Below the pieces are notes generated by a model, which saw only the letters and a list, made by a program, of their open reading frames with translations, was not told the DNA's origin and made no database searches. DNA of 60,550 nt, the filler included, from Basidiobolus ranarum (Eukaryota): NCBI GenBank assembly GCA_040143965.1. It is 15 parts of 15 records of this genome, joined end to end, with 100 filler letters (N's around TTAATTAATTAA, not from the genome) between each part and the next. Parts side by side here need not be neighbours in the genome. Positions count along the whole stretch, not along the records: positions 1 to 3,958 come from JASJQH010002195.1; positions 4,059 to 8,014 come from JASJQH010002196.1; positions 8,115 to 12,069 come from JASJQH010002197.1; positions 12,170 to 16,123 come from JASJQH010002198.1; 11 more parts are not named here. The stretch is one strand, 5' to 3'. This document shows, one piece after another, positions 1 through 12,176 of this stretch. Position 1 is the first letter of the stretch; each line of letters begins with the position of its first letter. A program made the translations under genes and the position numbers.

Positions 1-402
1 CAAATCTCACTTCCTGATACTAAGCTGAACCTTTCCATTGCTCGGATCCTTTACAACCAAGGTTTTGTTTCTGGTGTAGTCCGAGGGGATCACACTGGAC
101 CCAATGAAGGCTATGTTCCGCTTACTAGCGAAAATATTGCGACTCGCAGACTTTGGCTTGATCTTAAATATAGAGATAACCAACCCGTACTTAGACAGAT
201 GCAATGTGTTAGCAAACCTTCTCGTAAGATAAGAGCACAACTAGATGAACTTAAACTTCTTGCCGGGGGGAAGCGTGCTGGTATGCTTAAACCTCTTCAA
301 CCTGGTGAAATCATGATCGTTACTACACCATACGGTGTCTTGGAACTTCATGAAGCCGTCGCCAAAAATGCCGGTGGAGAAATTCTTTGCCGTGCTTTGT
401 AA
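1..402 (+). CDS. MRPS8: Mitochondrial ribosomal protein S8 (uS8m), 5'-truncated
   Basis: Frame +1 is open from base 1: QISLPDTKLNLSIARILYNQGFVSGVVRGD...RRLWLDLKYRDNQPVL...VSKPSRKI...GEIMIVTTPYGVLELHEAVAKNAGGEILCRAL*. This carries the S8 C-terminal signature and the fungal mitochondrial insert. Confidence 0.9.
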   Translation, partial: QISLPDTKLNLSIARILYNQGFVSGVVRGDHTGPNEGYVPLTSENIATRRLWLDLKYRDNQPVLRQMQCVSKPSRKIRAQLDELKLLAGGKRAGMLKPLQPGEIMIVTTPYGVLELHEAVAKNAGGEILCRAL

Positions 403-1339
403 AAAATGGAACTTTTTGTTTGATTGTTTAAATTCCTCACCTCTTATCTTCATGTTACCATAGCATACTTAGAAAATCAACTGGTTTTCCAATGTCATAA
501 TTCTATTCAACAAAATATGAACCTCGAAAATTATCCAACTTTTCTTCTGTATATGACCAATGTATACTTCAAAATTAGATCGTATTAAATAATATTGAAA
601 ATCGAGGAAACCAGAGATCCTGACACTGGGAGATTTCTTGAACACAACATTTGGCACATAACATTACAAGTAACAGATGATTTAGGAATTTCTGAGTATT
701 TGGAATCGTCGTTTGCCGTGTATATCGACATCATATAATATAGTTATGGAAATGGAGATGGCAGAACTTGAGTGCACTGAGGATCAATAGTCATTACCTC
801 AGCTACAAATCTATGTCTTCTCAAACTTCAGATTTGAATTTATCAACTGGTCCAAGTGTACGTACTAACTACTTAGAGGAGATATATGAATATACTTTCA
901 ACCTGAAGTTTCATTTCAGGTATGTGAAGGTAAGGGTATATTTATTGAATGAGATTCCAATGGCTTAAACGTATCCATCATGTCTATCTTTACAAATGCT
1001 TCATTCTCATGGGTATTTGGCCTAGCTCATTCCAGGCTACTTCTTTATCACCTGGACTCAAACAGCAGCGTCTATCATAATAGAAACCCCACCGAATCTC
1101 GGTAGCATTTTGAATCCTTTGGATTAATAACTGACTCAAAAGTCTGGATATTTTTGCTGAATTAGGGATAGCATAATATCTATTCTTAAGCGGAATTTCA
1201 TCCAAACGAATGCTAACAGACATCACTAGTATTGTAATTCAAGCTGTATCTGCACTCATAAACGCAATCTCCAAAATATTCAGCTTATCAGATCCATCCT
1301 GGTAAATTTCAATAAATTGAAAGAACAAGTTTACTCACC

Positions 1340-2067
1340 AGAAGTATTGGTTGATTCTTGGTTAAAAAATATCAAGAATCTGGGATCCTACTCAGAGAAC
1401 GCCTCTTACTACAATTGAACAACGATAGCCTCAACAAGTTGGATCTCGGCTATTTCCGTGGATCTTGTTTGAAAGTAGGATGTTGCTCATATTGCCTAGA
1501 ATACCAATGCGGTCTATTGATAGACAGGTATTAAGCCTGCATCTCACCGCAATCACATGAATCTTCACATTAATTTAACTATTACGATCTGATATACAAG
1601 GGTGTATACCATGTCGCCATCATGGCTGCCTGTCGTCTGGATGGAAATGCCCGAGAAAGACAGGCAAGACATAGGTCAGAGTACACAAGCATACTAGAAG
1701 CGAGAGCAGAGGAGCTTCTCCATCGTGAGATCTCAACCCAAAAACAAGCCTTGGCAAGATGGAGAGGAAAGCAAGCACAATCAAATGAGTATATGAGATG
1801 CAGAGGATATTGGCCAAAATGGCTGAGACGACATGACTAACGTTCGAATATAGGTTGCATGTCACGATTTAGCAACAACCCACCAAGATTTGCACTACAA
1901 TTGTCACATCAGATGATGCACCATTCTGCTACCAACCCGGTACCCTAGTCACTATTGGTTGGTTGGATTTAGAATCCCTCACCTAATTATATCTTTACCA
2001 TCTCATATGTCTAGTTCGAGAAGGAGTTTGATCGAAAGTGGCATTCCATTAGCATTCATGGACAAGG
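1340..2067 (+). pseudogene. Decayed spliced gene fragment, product unknown
   Basis: Protein-like stretches (ASTSWISAISVDLV*K, GVYHVAIMAACRLDGNARERQARH, LTFEYRLHVTI*QQPTKICTTIVTSDDAPFCYQP) are separated by GT..AG intron-like segments and broken by stops and frameshifts. Confidence 0.35.
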
Positions 2068-2659
2068 TAAGACTTCAATAAGATTTGGTTTTGGGGAGAA
2101 TTCCGGATTGTTCATGTGTGCGACATGGTGTGGTAATTAAACGATCTGTGATGGGACCAATCTAGTTTCTTGTACAACAAATAAAGATTCTTGGTCACTT
2201 CCTAATGGGGCAGTGGCTAAATATAGACATCATTGTTCGTCGTATCTTTCAAATAATCCCTAGAACCATGAGCTCAAGTGTGCCGCTTTACTTAGTGTGC
2301 CGCTTTGCTGTGGTCCAAATCAATTCTCATCAATCATGTCTGCTGTTTCCATGTCTCCTAATTATTGCCTGTCTGGTTGCTGTGCGACTCCGACACCCAT
2401 GAAAACATCGATATCTCTCCAGATAAGATCTCCAATTGAATTATACGGGAATCCTTCCGAGACTAAGCCATCTACTGCTACAAAAAAGGTAAGCGTCAAC
2501 TACCGGTTTTTGAAATGTGCAATTCGCTGAGTGGCTAACGAGTGAGTGTGCCAACGTCATCATTGAGTTTCACTGAAGAGGAGTGGACTATATAAATGTC
2601 GTTATGGCTTCTCACTGTACTGAATCGTTACTTGATTTTTTATCGTCTCTTTACTCACC

Positions 2660-3958
2660 ATGTCTAATCAACCCAATATGCCCCAAGGTGGCTATTCCAG
2701 TGGCAACAACGGCTACGGAAATAATAATAGTCAACCTGGAGGCGGCTTCAACAACCAATCTGGTGGTTACGGAAATGGTCAATCAGGACATGGTGGTCAA
2801 CCTCCCTATGGAAACAACCAATCTGGTGGTAGCTATGGAGGTGGTCAGCCAGGCAGTGGCTATGGAGGCAACCAACCAGGAAGTGGTTATGGTGGTAGTC
2901 AACCAGGAAGCGGTTATGGAGGTAGTCAACCAGGCAGTGCTTATGGCGGCAGCCAACCAGGCAGTAACTACGGAGGTAGTCAACCAGGTAGTGGTTATGG
3001 AGGTAGTCAACCAAGCAGTGGTTATGGAGGTAGTCAACAAGGCAGTGGTTATGGTAATAACCAATCTAGTCACGGTAGCAACCAGCCTGGTGGCGGTTAC
3101 AGTGGTAGCCAGCCTCAAGGTAACTTTGCCAATCTTCCTCAAGGAGGAGGTAATCTCAATAATGCACCATCTGGTGGTTATAGCACACCCATGAGTCAGT
3201 ATCAAAAAGAAGAAGATACCAAGAAAAATTGGAAGATCGGTGGTGGAATTGCTGCTGGTGTACTTGCTGCCGGTGCCGCCGCTTTTGGTGCCAAATATTT
3301 GATCGATCAACATCAAGAGCACGAACAACAACAACACCAACAATCTCAATTCCATGACAGTAAACCAAACAATTACGGCAGTAATAATAATGCACCACTT
3401 AATCCCGGGGAATCTAAGCCTTCCAGCCAAAACTATCAACAAAATAATCAATATCCACAAGACCACAAGAATGAAAGTCATTGCCAACAGCCACCTCAAT
3501 ATCAGCAACCACCACAACAACAGCAACATCACCAACACCACGATAACAAATCCTCATATGACTCTCACCGTCCTTCCGGCGCTCAGGGAGTAACTCCTCA
3601 TGCGTATCCTTTGATAGACCATCACTCTGGTGAGGATCACATCAAGATTGGATCCAAGATTGCTCTCAAACACAATATGACCGGTCGCTTTTTAGCTCAC
3701 AGCTATAATGCCCCAACCAATGATAATGGTGGCTCTGGTCAACCCCTTCTCTACTGCTCTGGTTGGAATGTCAGTAGTGCAGAATACTGGCAAGTAATTC
3801 CTGCTAATGGCGAAGTTCTTGTTCCTGGACATCCACTTAACTACGGCACCTATATCCGTCTTCGCCACGTTGAGACGCTGGGTAAAATACCCAATCGGCT
3901 AGAAAGAAAGGCCCCGCAGCCCCCCCAATCGGGGGCGGGGGCGGTTTTTCACCTTACG
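2660..3958 (+). CDS. G/S/Q/Y prion-like repeat protein with a C-terminal MIR (beta-trefoil) domain, 3'-truncated
   Basis: Order of parts: N/Q/G/Y-rich N-terminus, 8x GGSQPGSGY, an Ala/Gly hydrophobic segment, a Q/H-rich linker, then MIR-like motifs IKIGSKIALKHNMTGRFLAHS, SGQPLLYC, YWQVIP and GTYIRLRHVET. No signal peptide. Confidence 0.8.
2833..3048 (+). repeat. Coding 27-bp tandem repeat, 8 units (GGSQPGSGY)
   Basis: Consensus (c/t)tatggaggtagtcaaccaggcagtgg with mostly synonymous variation between units. Confidence 0.9.
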
Positions 3959-4058
3959 NNNNNNNNNNNNNNNNNNNNNNNNNNNNNNNNNNNNNNNNNN
4001 NNTTAATTAATTAANNNNNNNNNNNNNNNNNNNNNNNNNNNNNNNNNNNNNNNNNNNN
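3959..4058. other. Artificial contig-joining spacer N44-TTAATTAATTAA-N44 (first of 14)
   Basis: The same 100-nt spacer starts at 3959, 8015, 12070, 16124, 20174, 24224, 28272, 32317, 36357, 40393, 44428, 48463, 52495 and 56523. The linker has stops in all six frames, and contig lengths fall monotonically from 3958 to 3928. Confidence 0.98.
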
Positions 4059-4099
4059 GAAATCTGTTGTTCGCCAGGTATTAGGAAAATTACCCTTTG

Positions 4100-5280
4100 T
4101 TTCTGTTTAAGCTACCAGTATTGCAAGCCTGGTCCGGGAAATTAAACATTTCAAAACAAATCCCATATATACTAGCTAACGGTCGGGTGACCCTGCCGCA
4201 GTCCCCAGTTGAAAAGTAATGTTAAGCACTGATTGCCCCACTTCCGCAATACAAACAGAATAATCACTTTATGGCGAGATCCATATTTGGCATAATAAAT
4301 CCTGTTTCAAACCAGAAAATAAGACTTGAACGAGAGCAAATATCGCCAGGGTTTTCGTTGTTCCAACTGAGTGAAACTGGCGATTGGAGCAACCATATGT
4401 GATATCATGGATTGGGACTTCGTAACAGCATCCCATCCATATCTATAGCTCTCGAATACTGATGAAATGATTTCCAAGGGATACTCAGGTTTGAATAATC
4501 TCCCTTCAGTTCTGCATAGTAATTGGAAGATCTTTTATTTGATTGTATCATACACGGGATTTGGATCAGTTTGAGAGTCCATCATTTCATTCAGATGTGT
4601 GTCTGTCAAAAGAATATGAGCAAAGAAGCCCAGGAACCTGAATGCTCTTACGCTAGTAAACTCTAGTGCATCTTGTTTTATCACGGCACTAAAGAGACAC
4701 TTGGTATTCCATAATGACTCATGATGGCAAGTGTAGCAAAGGCACCAGGCCAGAGTGCAGTCAATGCAAATCTTTGGTCCACTTCATTTCAATCTAATAC
4801 TTGTATCAGCGCGAGACCCACAAACTAATGATACAAATGCGACTTCTAACTCGTCAGGTGTAAGTATACAATCATGGGTAGTTCGTTGATTTATATCGTT
4901 TTTAACAGAGGAAACATGTTAGATCCCTCAGCTGTAACTGGGCAAGACACTTGGATTCTTAAAATTCCCGCACCTGGTACTGAATAACACCTATAGACTT
5001 AAACTGTTTGCCAAGTTTGAGTGATACATTGCATGTTTCTGGAAGTGCAATAAATACTCCAACCTGATCTCGTGTGCATACGATCACGACTGTAGCCCGG
5101 ATCATCAGCCTTAAATTGATTCTCACTAATCTACCTACTCTGAAATGAGTGTTCATATGGCAGAGAATAACTCCGAAGATCAGTCTCCCATAGAAGAGTA
5201 AAGAAAGTCACTCTCATCAGACAAAAACCACCTAGATACGGAGATTCATTAAATCGATCATTCCTTTATGTGGCAACTTT
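4100..5280 (-). pseudogene. Decayed paralogue of the 573-aa terpene-synthase-like ORF at 12177
   Basis: Collinear matches to the intact ORF: MHTRSGW (5079-5059) vs MCTRSRW; VPG..VTAEG vs SPG..VKTEG; KNDINQRTTHD..PDEL vs KNDVDETTFDVDEL; LGFFAHILLTDT vs LGEAAGQLDT; PLEIISSVFESYRY vs PLELRTRVRGSLCY; NMDLAIK*LFCLYC/RKW vs NMGDVFEAGLCRGCRW. Contains stops and frameshifts. Confidence 0.7.
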
Positions 5281-7318
5281 GCCAACAGTTTAGATTGCCA
5301 GACTCATATATGCATGTTGGTGCTTAATTGAGCCCAAGAGTAGCATATCGTAATACCTGGGAAGGGGCTTTTCGATTATTTCCTTCCAAATTCCTGGGCT
5401 CTAACCGATGATTCAAGTCTTGGAGTACTCCACTTTGGCTCAAATCTGAAGATGGTTAGATTCTGGTTAAACATAAACCCATCATATATTCCTTGACTTA
5501 GAAAACTACTTGGCATATTTCTATACTTACTCTAGTTGTTATCGTGACTATATCCTTCGCAGAGTGCCCGCAAGTATAGTTGGGTCTTCAATGTGCTCTA
5601 TTGCTGGCTACTCAGACTCATATATCCCATGGTTGAGTCAATACCTTGTCATAAGAATGTGGATGTATGATCCAATGTATAACTTGGATTTCAAATAACC
5701 CCTTTTTGCTAAATCCAATCATACTTCGCCAAAGAGCTTATCTAATTAATGTAGATGTATCCAGAGTTCTGATCAAATGGTATAACTAGCTTAAATGTGG
5801 AGGTGCTACTCCATTGGATCTCTCCTTATGAAAGTAGAAAATGCAAACATCACGTGCACCACATTCTGAGATGGTTGTATTTGAATAGGTGGCATATTAG
5901 GGGCTATATGCCAATAACGAGAGCTAGACACGATGTTCGAGTGTTATGTCAATGTACCATCCCATACTATTTAGTGTGATGGAATTACGCTGAACAGAAG
6001 GTAGGAAATAGAATTCAATGCATAATTCGATGTAGATCCTGATTGCCAGGCAGCACTCATCTCAAGAGTACTAAGGGGCATCTAGGTCTGAGTTAATCAC
6101 TGTCACGAACCTTTCTTGTGTGTGCGGTCATTCACCATCAGCATAGGTAAGATACGAGGGCAATAATAGTACACCCATTGCTACAGTTTTTCTTTAAGGT
6201 GGCCTATTGAGTCAAAAACATTGGAACATCACGAAGTTTCTGGTAGGTTGACAAGTGTTCTGTGTGGTTCAAGATACTTACAGTTGTACGAGTCACGTGG
6301 TAGTAGTCATGGCCTATGAGTGTTTATATTTGGGGGATTTGAAGAATATTCTGGTTACGTCTGTACTGTATTTAAGCATTTTGTGCGTTATCTCTAGAAG
6401 CCTAATCTACGTAACAAAGGTTGGTTAGTATATCCAAGAAATAGTATATTCTCAATACACTTGGCAATGTGTCTGTGCAGAGAGATCCGTCAGATACGTG
6501 CGAGTAGAATGAGTTGCGAATAACATTTTATTAGCACTTACATCCCAAAAACCGCACTGCCCACAATCGGTCCAATAAGGCTGGATTTTGACGTTCATGT
6601 TTGGTTGCATCATACTTGCCATGGCTACCACTGATGTGCTAAAGGTCGGTCAGTTATGTCTAGTAAATGTGCTACTCATCGTGAAACCATCAAAACTCGA
6701 ACCATGACTTCAATCTCAATCACTTTCAATTCAGTGGAGATGCCTGATTTTAATATTCACGAGGGAAGACTGTATGTGCAAGTATCCCTACGTTTCACGT
6801 ATACAGATCAACAAATCCTAGGCACCACAGTCTCCGACATTCAGCGAGGTTGTTAACAGAAGGTGGGAATAAAACATTAAACTGGTCAAAGCTAGTGCTT
6901 CTGAAATGGACAGGGATCGTCACTGAGCTTTTAGTCTAATGGGTCATTTTACTCGACGATAGAGTATCAATTAATTGCATAATCCCACAAACACCACATG
7001 CTGATCCGAGTCTCTACCTGATACTATATATAGTCATCGTGGAATCCATTAGAAAATTAGAACCAGAAATCCACTGTCATTGAAGTCACAAGTTCGCTCT
7101 CGTTTCGTTTTATCTGGTTGAAATTTTATATCTTTATATATCCCGTATTTGATACTTTCTCATACCAAGAATCTTCGCACTGGTTGAGATTCTCCTTTCC
7201 ATTCCATTCCATCTATAAACGGATAAATCCGTATTTTCAATTTTAGCGAATTAATCAATAATCTATTTGGGCCGTATTTAACTATTAGCGGTATCCTATA
7301 TACTCTATAGGGTCGACC

Positions 7319-8014
7319 ATGAAATTCACTACCGCAATATCCCTTATTTTGGCCTCTGGGATGGCTCAATCAGCTGTTATTGAATCCTCCCAGTCAAAGA
7401 TTCCCGGGCGGATGTCGGTTTCCACAACCAAAAGCAGCTTAAGACCAATTCGTAGGTCACCAGTCGAGGATGACGTTGAAGAAATTTTTGGATGGGCTGA
7501 TAAGACCAAAGATGTCTCTAGGAATGTAAGCAAATCAATGAGCATAACTAAAGAGGCCGTTTCAAATAGAAGACGTAGAAGACCTGGCCATAGAAATGGT
7601 AGAAATCCTACTGGTACTGAACGTAAATACCCAGAAATGAAAGGTTCGGATGGAAGAAGACCCCCTCCAGGTGCTGAAGATCGCGAAGGAGATGAATACA
7701 GAGAGGAGCAAAGAGGTGGCTTAGGTAATAGTCTCGGCGGTATTAGCCGTGGTGGTATAAGAAAAAGTTTGGGGGGAAATACTAGAGACGGCTTGGGTAA
7801 AGATTTAGGTGGAATCGGTGGTATAGGTCGAGATAACCGTGGAAGAGGAAATAATGGAGCCAATATTAGAGTCGAGGTGGGAAATAACAATGGCTCTGAA
7901 ACTGACGACGAATACCCAGAAGATAGAGACTCTAGAGATACTAATAATTCTAATGGTGGGAATGATTCAGGTAACAGAAATGACTCTCCTAGGCACAAGG
8001 ATTATCCTAAAGAA
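7319..8014 (+). CDS. Secreted low-complexity Gly/Arg/Asp-rich protein, 3'-truncated
   Basis: Signal peptide-like MKFTTAISLILASGMAQSA, polybasic sites (RR, RRRRR), three ~12-aa repeats (GGLGNSLGGISR / GGIRKSLGGNTR / DGLGKDLGGIGG), and repeated DEYP/KYPE/DYPK motifs. Confidence 0.7.
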
Positions 8015-8114
8015 NNNNNNNNNNNNNNNNNNNNNNNNNNNNNNNNNNNNNNNNNNNNTTAATTAATTAANNNNNNNNNNNNNNNNNNNNNNNNNNNNNN
8101 NNNNNNNNNNNNNN

Positions 8115-9420
8115 ATAAATGTCAACTTTCTACTCAATAAATCAACAAGTGAAAACCACCAATTGCTCTAATTCTCCAAACCACTTCCAACAGGCTCCCA
8201 AATACTTTAACAGGTTATGAGCCCCGAGCTTGCACTCTCTGCAATGTCTACTTCTCAAATCTATGGAATCTTTCCCTCTTCTGAGAAATTTCATGAAACC
8301 ACTAATCAAGTATGGAAAATTATAATGAAATGCTGCTGCAAGCAAAAGGACTTTTGGACACTGTTGTAGGAGAAGAAAACATTGCAAAACACTCTGAATC
8401 CAAATTTTTACTTGAAGTGAAAAAAGAACAAATGCCCTTAACACAATTAATCTTGATGTCAAAGACAAATTGCTAATTCAATATTCAAGAGCTAAAACTG
8501 CCAAAAAGGTAAGGAAAGCCCTGGAAGACACTTGCCAAACAAGTTCTGCTGCCAACAAGATGTTTCTAAGAAGAAGATTCTTCAACTTAAAGATGAAGGC
8601 AGCAGAACACACTAAATCAATAATTTATAGAATCACTAGTTTGGTAGACAAAATGGAATGCATTGGAGTACCTATCACCAATCAAGATATCATAGTTACA
8701 GTCCTGAATAGCCTGCCACACAAGTTTCAGAGCCTAGTAATGGCTCCAGAATCAAGAACTGAAAATTTGGCTTTAAATAAAGTTTTTAGCAGACCTCTGG
8801 ATGAAGAGTTATGCAAATCAGGTCTCAACCAAAAGAATGAGGAAACTGCTTTAATAGGCTATGGGTAACCTTACTATAAAAGTCAAAAGCACTTTAAGAA
8901 GAAAAGTAACATATCCTGTGATTACTGTAAAGGAGCTGCCCATTTAAGCAAAGATTGCTTTAAAAAATTGCAAAAGAAGAAAATATACTGAACCTGCAAA
9001 TGTTGTTACTGCAGAAATACACTTGATCATATCTGCTCTATCTATGGCAAGCAGCAAAGATTTTCAGACATAGGATAGTGATTCTGGAGCTTCCCTACAT
9101 CTCACAAATGAAAGATTTGGTTTGGATATTATCAAGAAATCCCAATTAGAAAGGTTTTCATGGAAGATGACCACACTTTAGATGGTATTGAAATAGGAAC
9201 AATTCAAGTCAATTTAACTGGATCTTGTGAAGAGAAAGTATATACTTTCAAGGATGTACTACATGTTCCAGATATTGCCCAGAATTTATTATCTGTATGC
9301 AAGGCCACCTCAGAAGGGCTAAAATTCAATTTTGATAAGTCAGGATGCACCATCACTGATTAAAATGGGAATAATTTAGCTTGAGGAGAAGAGGATTAGA
9401 ACTTATACAGATGTACATAT
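8115..9420 (+). mobile_element. Ty1/copia remnant (LTR family A): LTR 3' end, PBS, decayed gag, zinc knuckle and protease
   Basis: LTR ends ...aatactttaaca at 8212 and PBS GGTTATGAGCCC follows at 8213. Gag NKMFLRRRFFNLKM, knuckle CDYCKGAAHLSKDC, protease DSGASLHL, and LHVPDIAQNLLSV. Confidence 0.9.
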
Positions 9421-9499
9421 AATCCAAGATATTTATGTGTAAATATAAGATATTCCAATCAAGAAACTATTTAATTATCCCTAACAAAAATAAAATCAG

Positions 9500-12069
9500 T
9501 ATTGAAGTTTATGGTCTTTATCAAATTTCTTATGTCTATCTTTATACACCTAACTACTTCATATATCACATATTAGTTAGTCAAAATTACTTACTCAAAT
9601 ATCACTTGACTCAAAATTGGAACATTTTTTATATTCATGTGAATTATGTGAGAATTAGCAATTCCATATTGGAAATTTCAAATTTGTTCAAATTGCCCCA
9701 AAGATAGCTCTTTTTACTCCCACAGATGTTATGAACACAACCCCAGTGTTAGTTTTTGATATTCCATTACTATGACTCTACCAAGTAGTCTACCTGACTA
9801 GTATTCAAACTTGGTCACAGCTTTGGCAGCAAGATTTGAGAAGTTATCCTTGGAGTTTGTGGTGGCAAGACCAATGGATAAACATCTCAGAAGTAAGAAT
9901 TTGGAAAAAAATCTAAGGAAATAGCTCATTTTGAAGCTGAAAATGTAGCTTTGGCAAGTACAGAGATCTTTAGCAAAACAACTAGAAAATATTGGTGCAA
10001 CTTTACAGGAAGATGATGTCATTATGACTCTTCCAAGTAGTCTACCTGAACAGTATTCAAACTTAGTCATAGCCTTGGAAGCAAGGTCTGACAAGTTTTC
10101 TTTGGAGTTTGTGATAGCAAGGCTAATGGATCAACATCTCAGAAGTATGAATTTGGAAAAAGAATGTAAGGAAGTGATGCATTTTGAAGCTGAAAATGTA
10201 GCTTTGGCAAGTACAAAGGCTACAGAAAATGCAAAGCAGGTTTATGCTATGGTTGTAACAAACCAGGACACCAGTTAAAGGATTGCAAAACAAGAAATTA
10301 CAACATAAAGGAGAAGTCAGAAAGAGTAAATCAGGTTTCAACCAAGGAGGAAGTTTTATTCATTTCTGCCCTATCAATGACCTCTGAGTAAGGCTGTTGG
10401 TTGTGATATATTGATTCTAGAGCCTCTCAACATTTTCTAACCTAAAAAATTGGTTTAAGACACTCAAAACTGATATAAACAAGAAGGTTTATGTTGGGGA
10501 TAAGCAGCCACTAGAAGCTCTTGGAGTGGGAGAAATTTCAGTGGATCTTAGGGGCATCTCTGGGGGCATGTATTTGACACTGAAAAACATGCTACATGTG
10601 CCTGGGTTAGCAAAAAATTTGTTATCAGTGAATAAAGCAACATCCAAGGGATATAGCTTTAATTTTGATCAAAATGGATGTACAATCAGGGATCAAAAAG
10701 GGAATTACATAGCTTCTGGAGCTAAGCAAAATAACTTGTATAAACTTCATTATATTGAGCCAATATATGAACAAGTTAATACTGCAACAGCTGAAGAGAT
10801 AGACTGGAAAATCTGGCATAGGAGATTGGGTCATCTAGGAGCTGAAAATATGAGAAATTTAATCAAAACAAGATGGTCTTTGGACTAAATTTTCTAATTC
10901 TACTGGATCTGGAGCTATGTGAAATATCTGTTTTTGGGCTCTGGATTGAGCACAATTGAACAAAAATTGAGTGTGACACACTCAAATCTGTGTGGCCCAA
11001 TGCAGACAAAATCTTTAGGCAGAAAAAGGTATTTTTTGACCTTTATTGATGATAAGAAAAAGTTTACTTGTTGAGGTTTATTGTCTTCATCATATTTGTT
11101 ATCCCTATCCTTATACACCTAACTATTTCATATATACATATTAGTTAGTCAACATTCTTTTGTCAAATATCACTTAGCTGCCAATTGGAACATCTATTTT
11201 ATATATAGGTGAATTATGTGAGAATGAGATTACATATTGGAAATTTCAAACTTGTCCAAATTTCCCCAAAGATAGCACATTTTACTCCCACAGATGTTCT
11301 GAACAGAAGCCCAGTGTTAGTTTTCTGTGTTTCCACCAAAATGAATAAATGCTTCATTTCTGGGCAAAAAATAATTATCTCACAAAGCTATTCAGAACTC
11401 CACTTTTCTAAAGTTCCTACAAACAGCCCATATTTTCCCAATAGGTTATGAGCCCTGTGTTCTAACCTTTACAGGATGACAGAAAACACTACTACCACTT
11501 TTATTAACTCTAGTGTTGAAAAACTTGCTGGAGAAAATTACAATTTCTGGAAGTTCAAAATGCAAATCATGCTGGAGGACAAGGAGCTTTGGGATGTTGT
11601 CTCTGGAGATGAAAAGGAACCTTCTGACCCTACTTTATTGAAACTTACAAGAAAAGAGACAAAAAGGCCTTAATGTCATTTGCCAAAGTTTGAAGGATTC
11701 ACAACTTGCAAATATTCAATATGCAAATGCTTCCCATCAGGCTTGGACTATATTGGAGGAATATTATGAAGCAAAAGGTCTGGCTGATAGACTCTTTCTC
11801 ACACAAAAATCTTCAATATAAAGATGGAAAAGTCTGAAAGCATGGTAACTCATATTGCAAATGTGAGATCTTTGGCAAACTTGGTCGCAGCTTTGGAAGC
11901 AAGATCTGACAAGTTGTCTCTGGAGTTTGTGGTAGCAAGACTAATGGATCAACATCTCAGAAGTAAGAATTTGGAAAAAGAATCTGAGGAAGTGGCTCTT
12001 TTTGGAGCTGGAAAAAATAGATTTGGCAAGTACAAAAGTTGCAGAAAAAACAAAACAGGTTGATGCTAT
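9500..12069 (+). mobile_element. Nested and rearranged Ty1/copia remnants (LTR family C at 9500-9765 partial and 11069-11443 full), with a new element starting at PBS 11444
   Basis: Duplicated gag segments (ALEARSDKLSLEFVVARL), protease IDSRASQH, GAG-pre-integrase WHRRLGHLG, integrase start HSNLCGPM..FIDD, PBS GGTTATGAGCCCT, and gag VEKLAGENYNFWKFKMQIMLEDKELW. Confidence 0.9.
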
Positions 12070-12176
12070 NNNNNNNNNNNNNNNNNNNNNNNNNNNNNNN
12101 NNNNNNNNNNNNNTTAATTAATTAANNNNNNNNNNNNNNNNNNNNNNNNNNNNNNNNNNNNNNNNNNNNATCGTAA

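Noticed and set aside
2583-3593. Overlapping alternative-frame and antisense ORFs (203 aa, 252 aa and others)
   Set aside because: These are shadow frames of the low-complexity repeat gene at 2660.
3880-3958. GC-rich tail (KIPNRLERKAPQPPQSGAGAV) as a real domain or hairpin terminator
   Set aside because: There is an abrupt composition change at a contig end where the MIR consensus breaks down, which most likely reflects low-quality terminal sequence.
4225-4262. LFCLYCGSGAIS as a viral L-protein methyltransferase motif (endogenous RNA virus)
   Set aside because: No RdRp motifs are nearby. The segment is better explained as the frameshifted CxxC-RW motif of the terpene-synthase-like paralogue.
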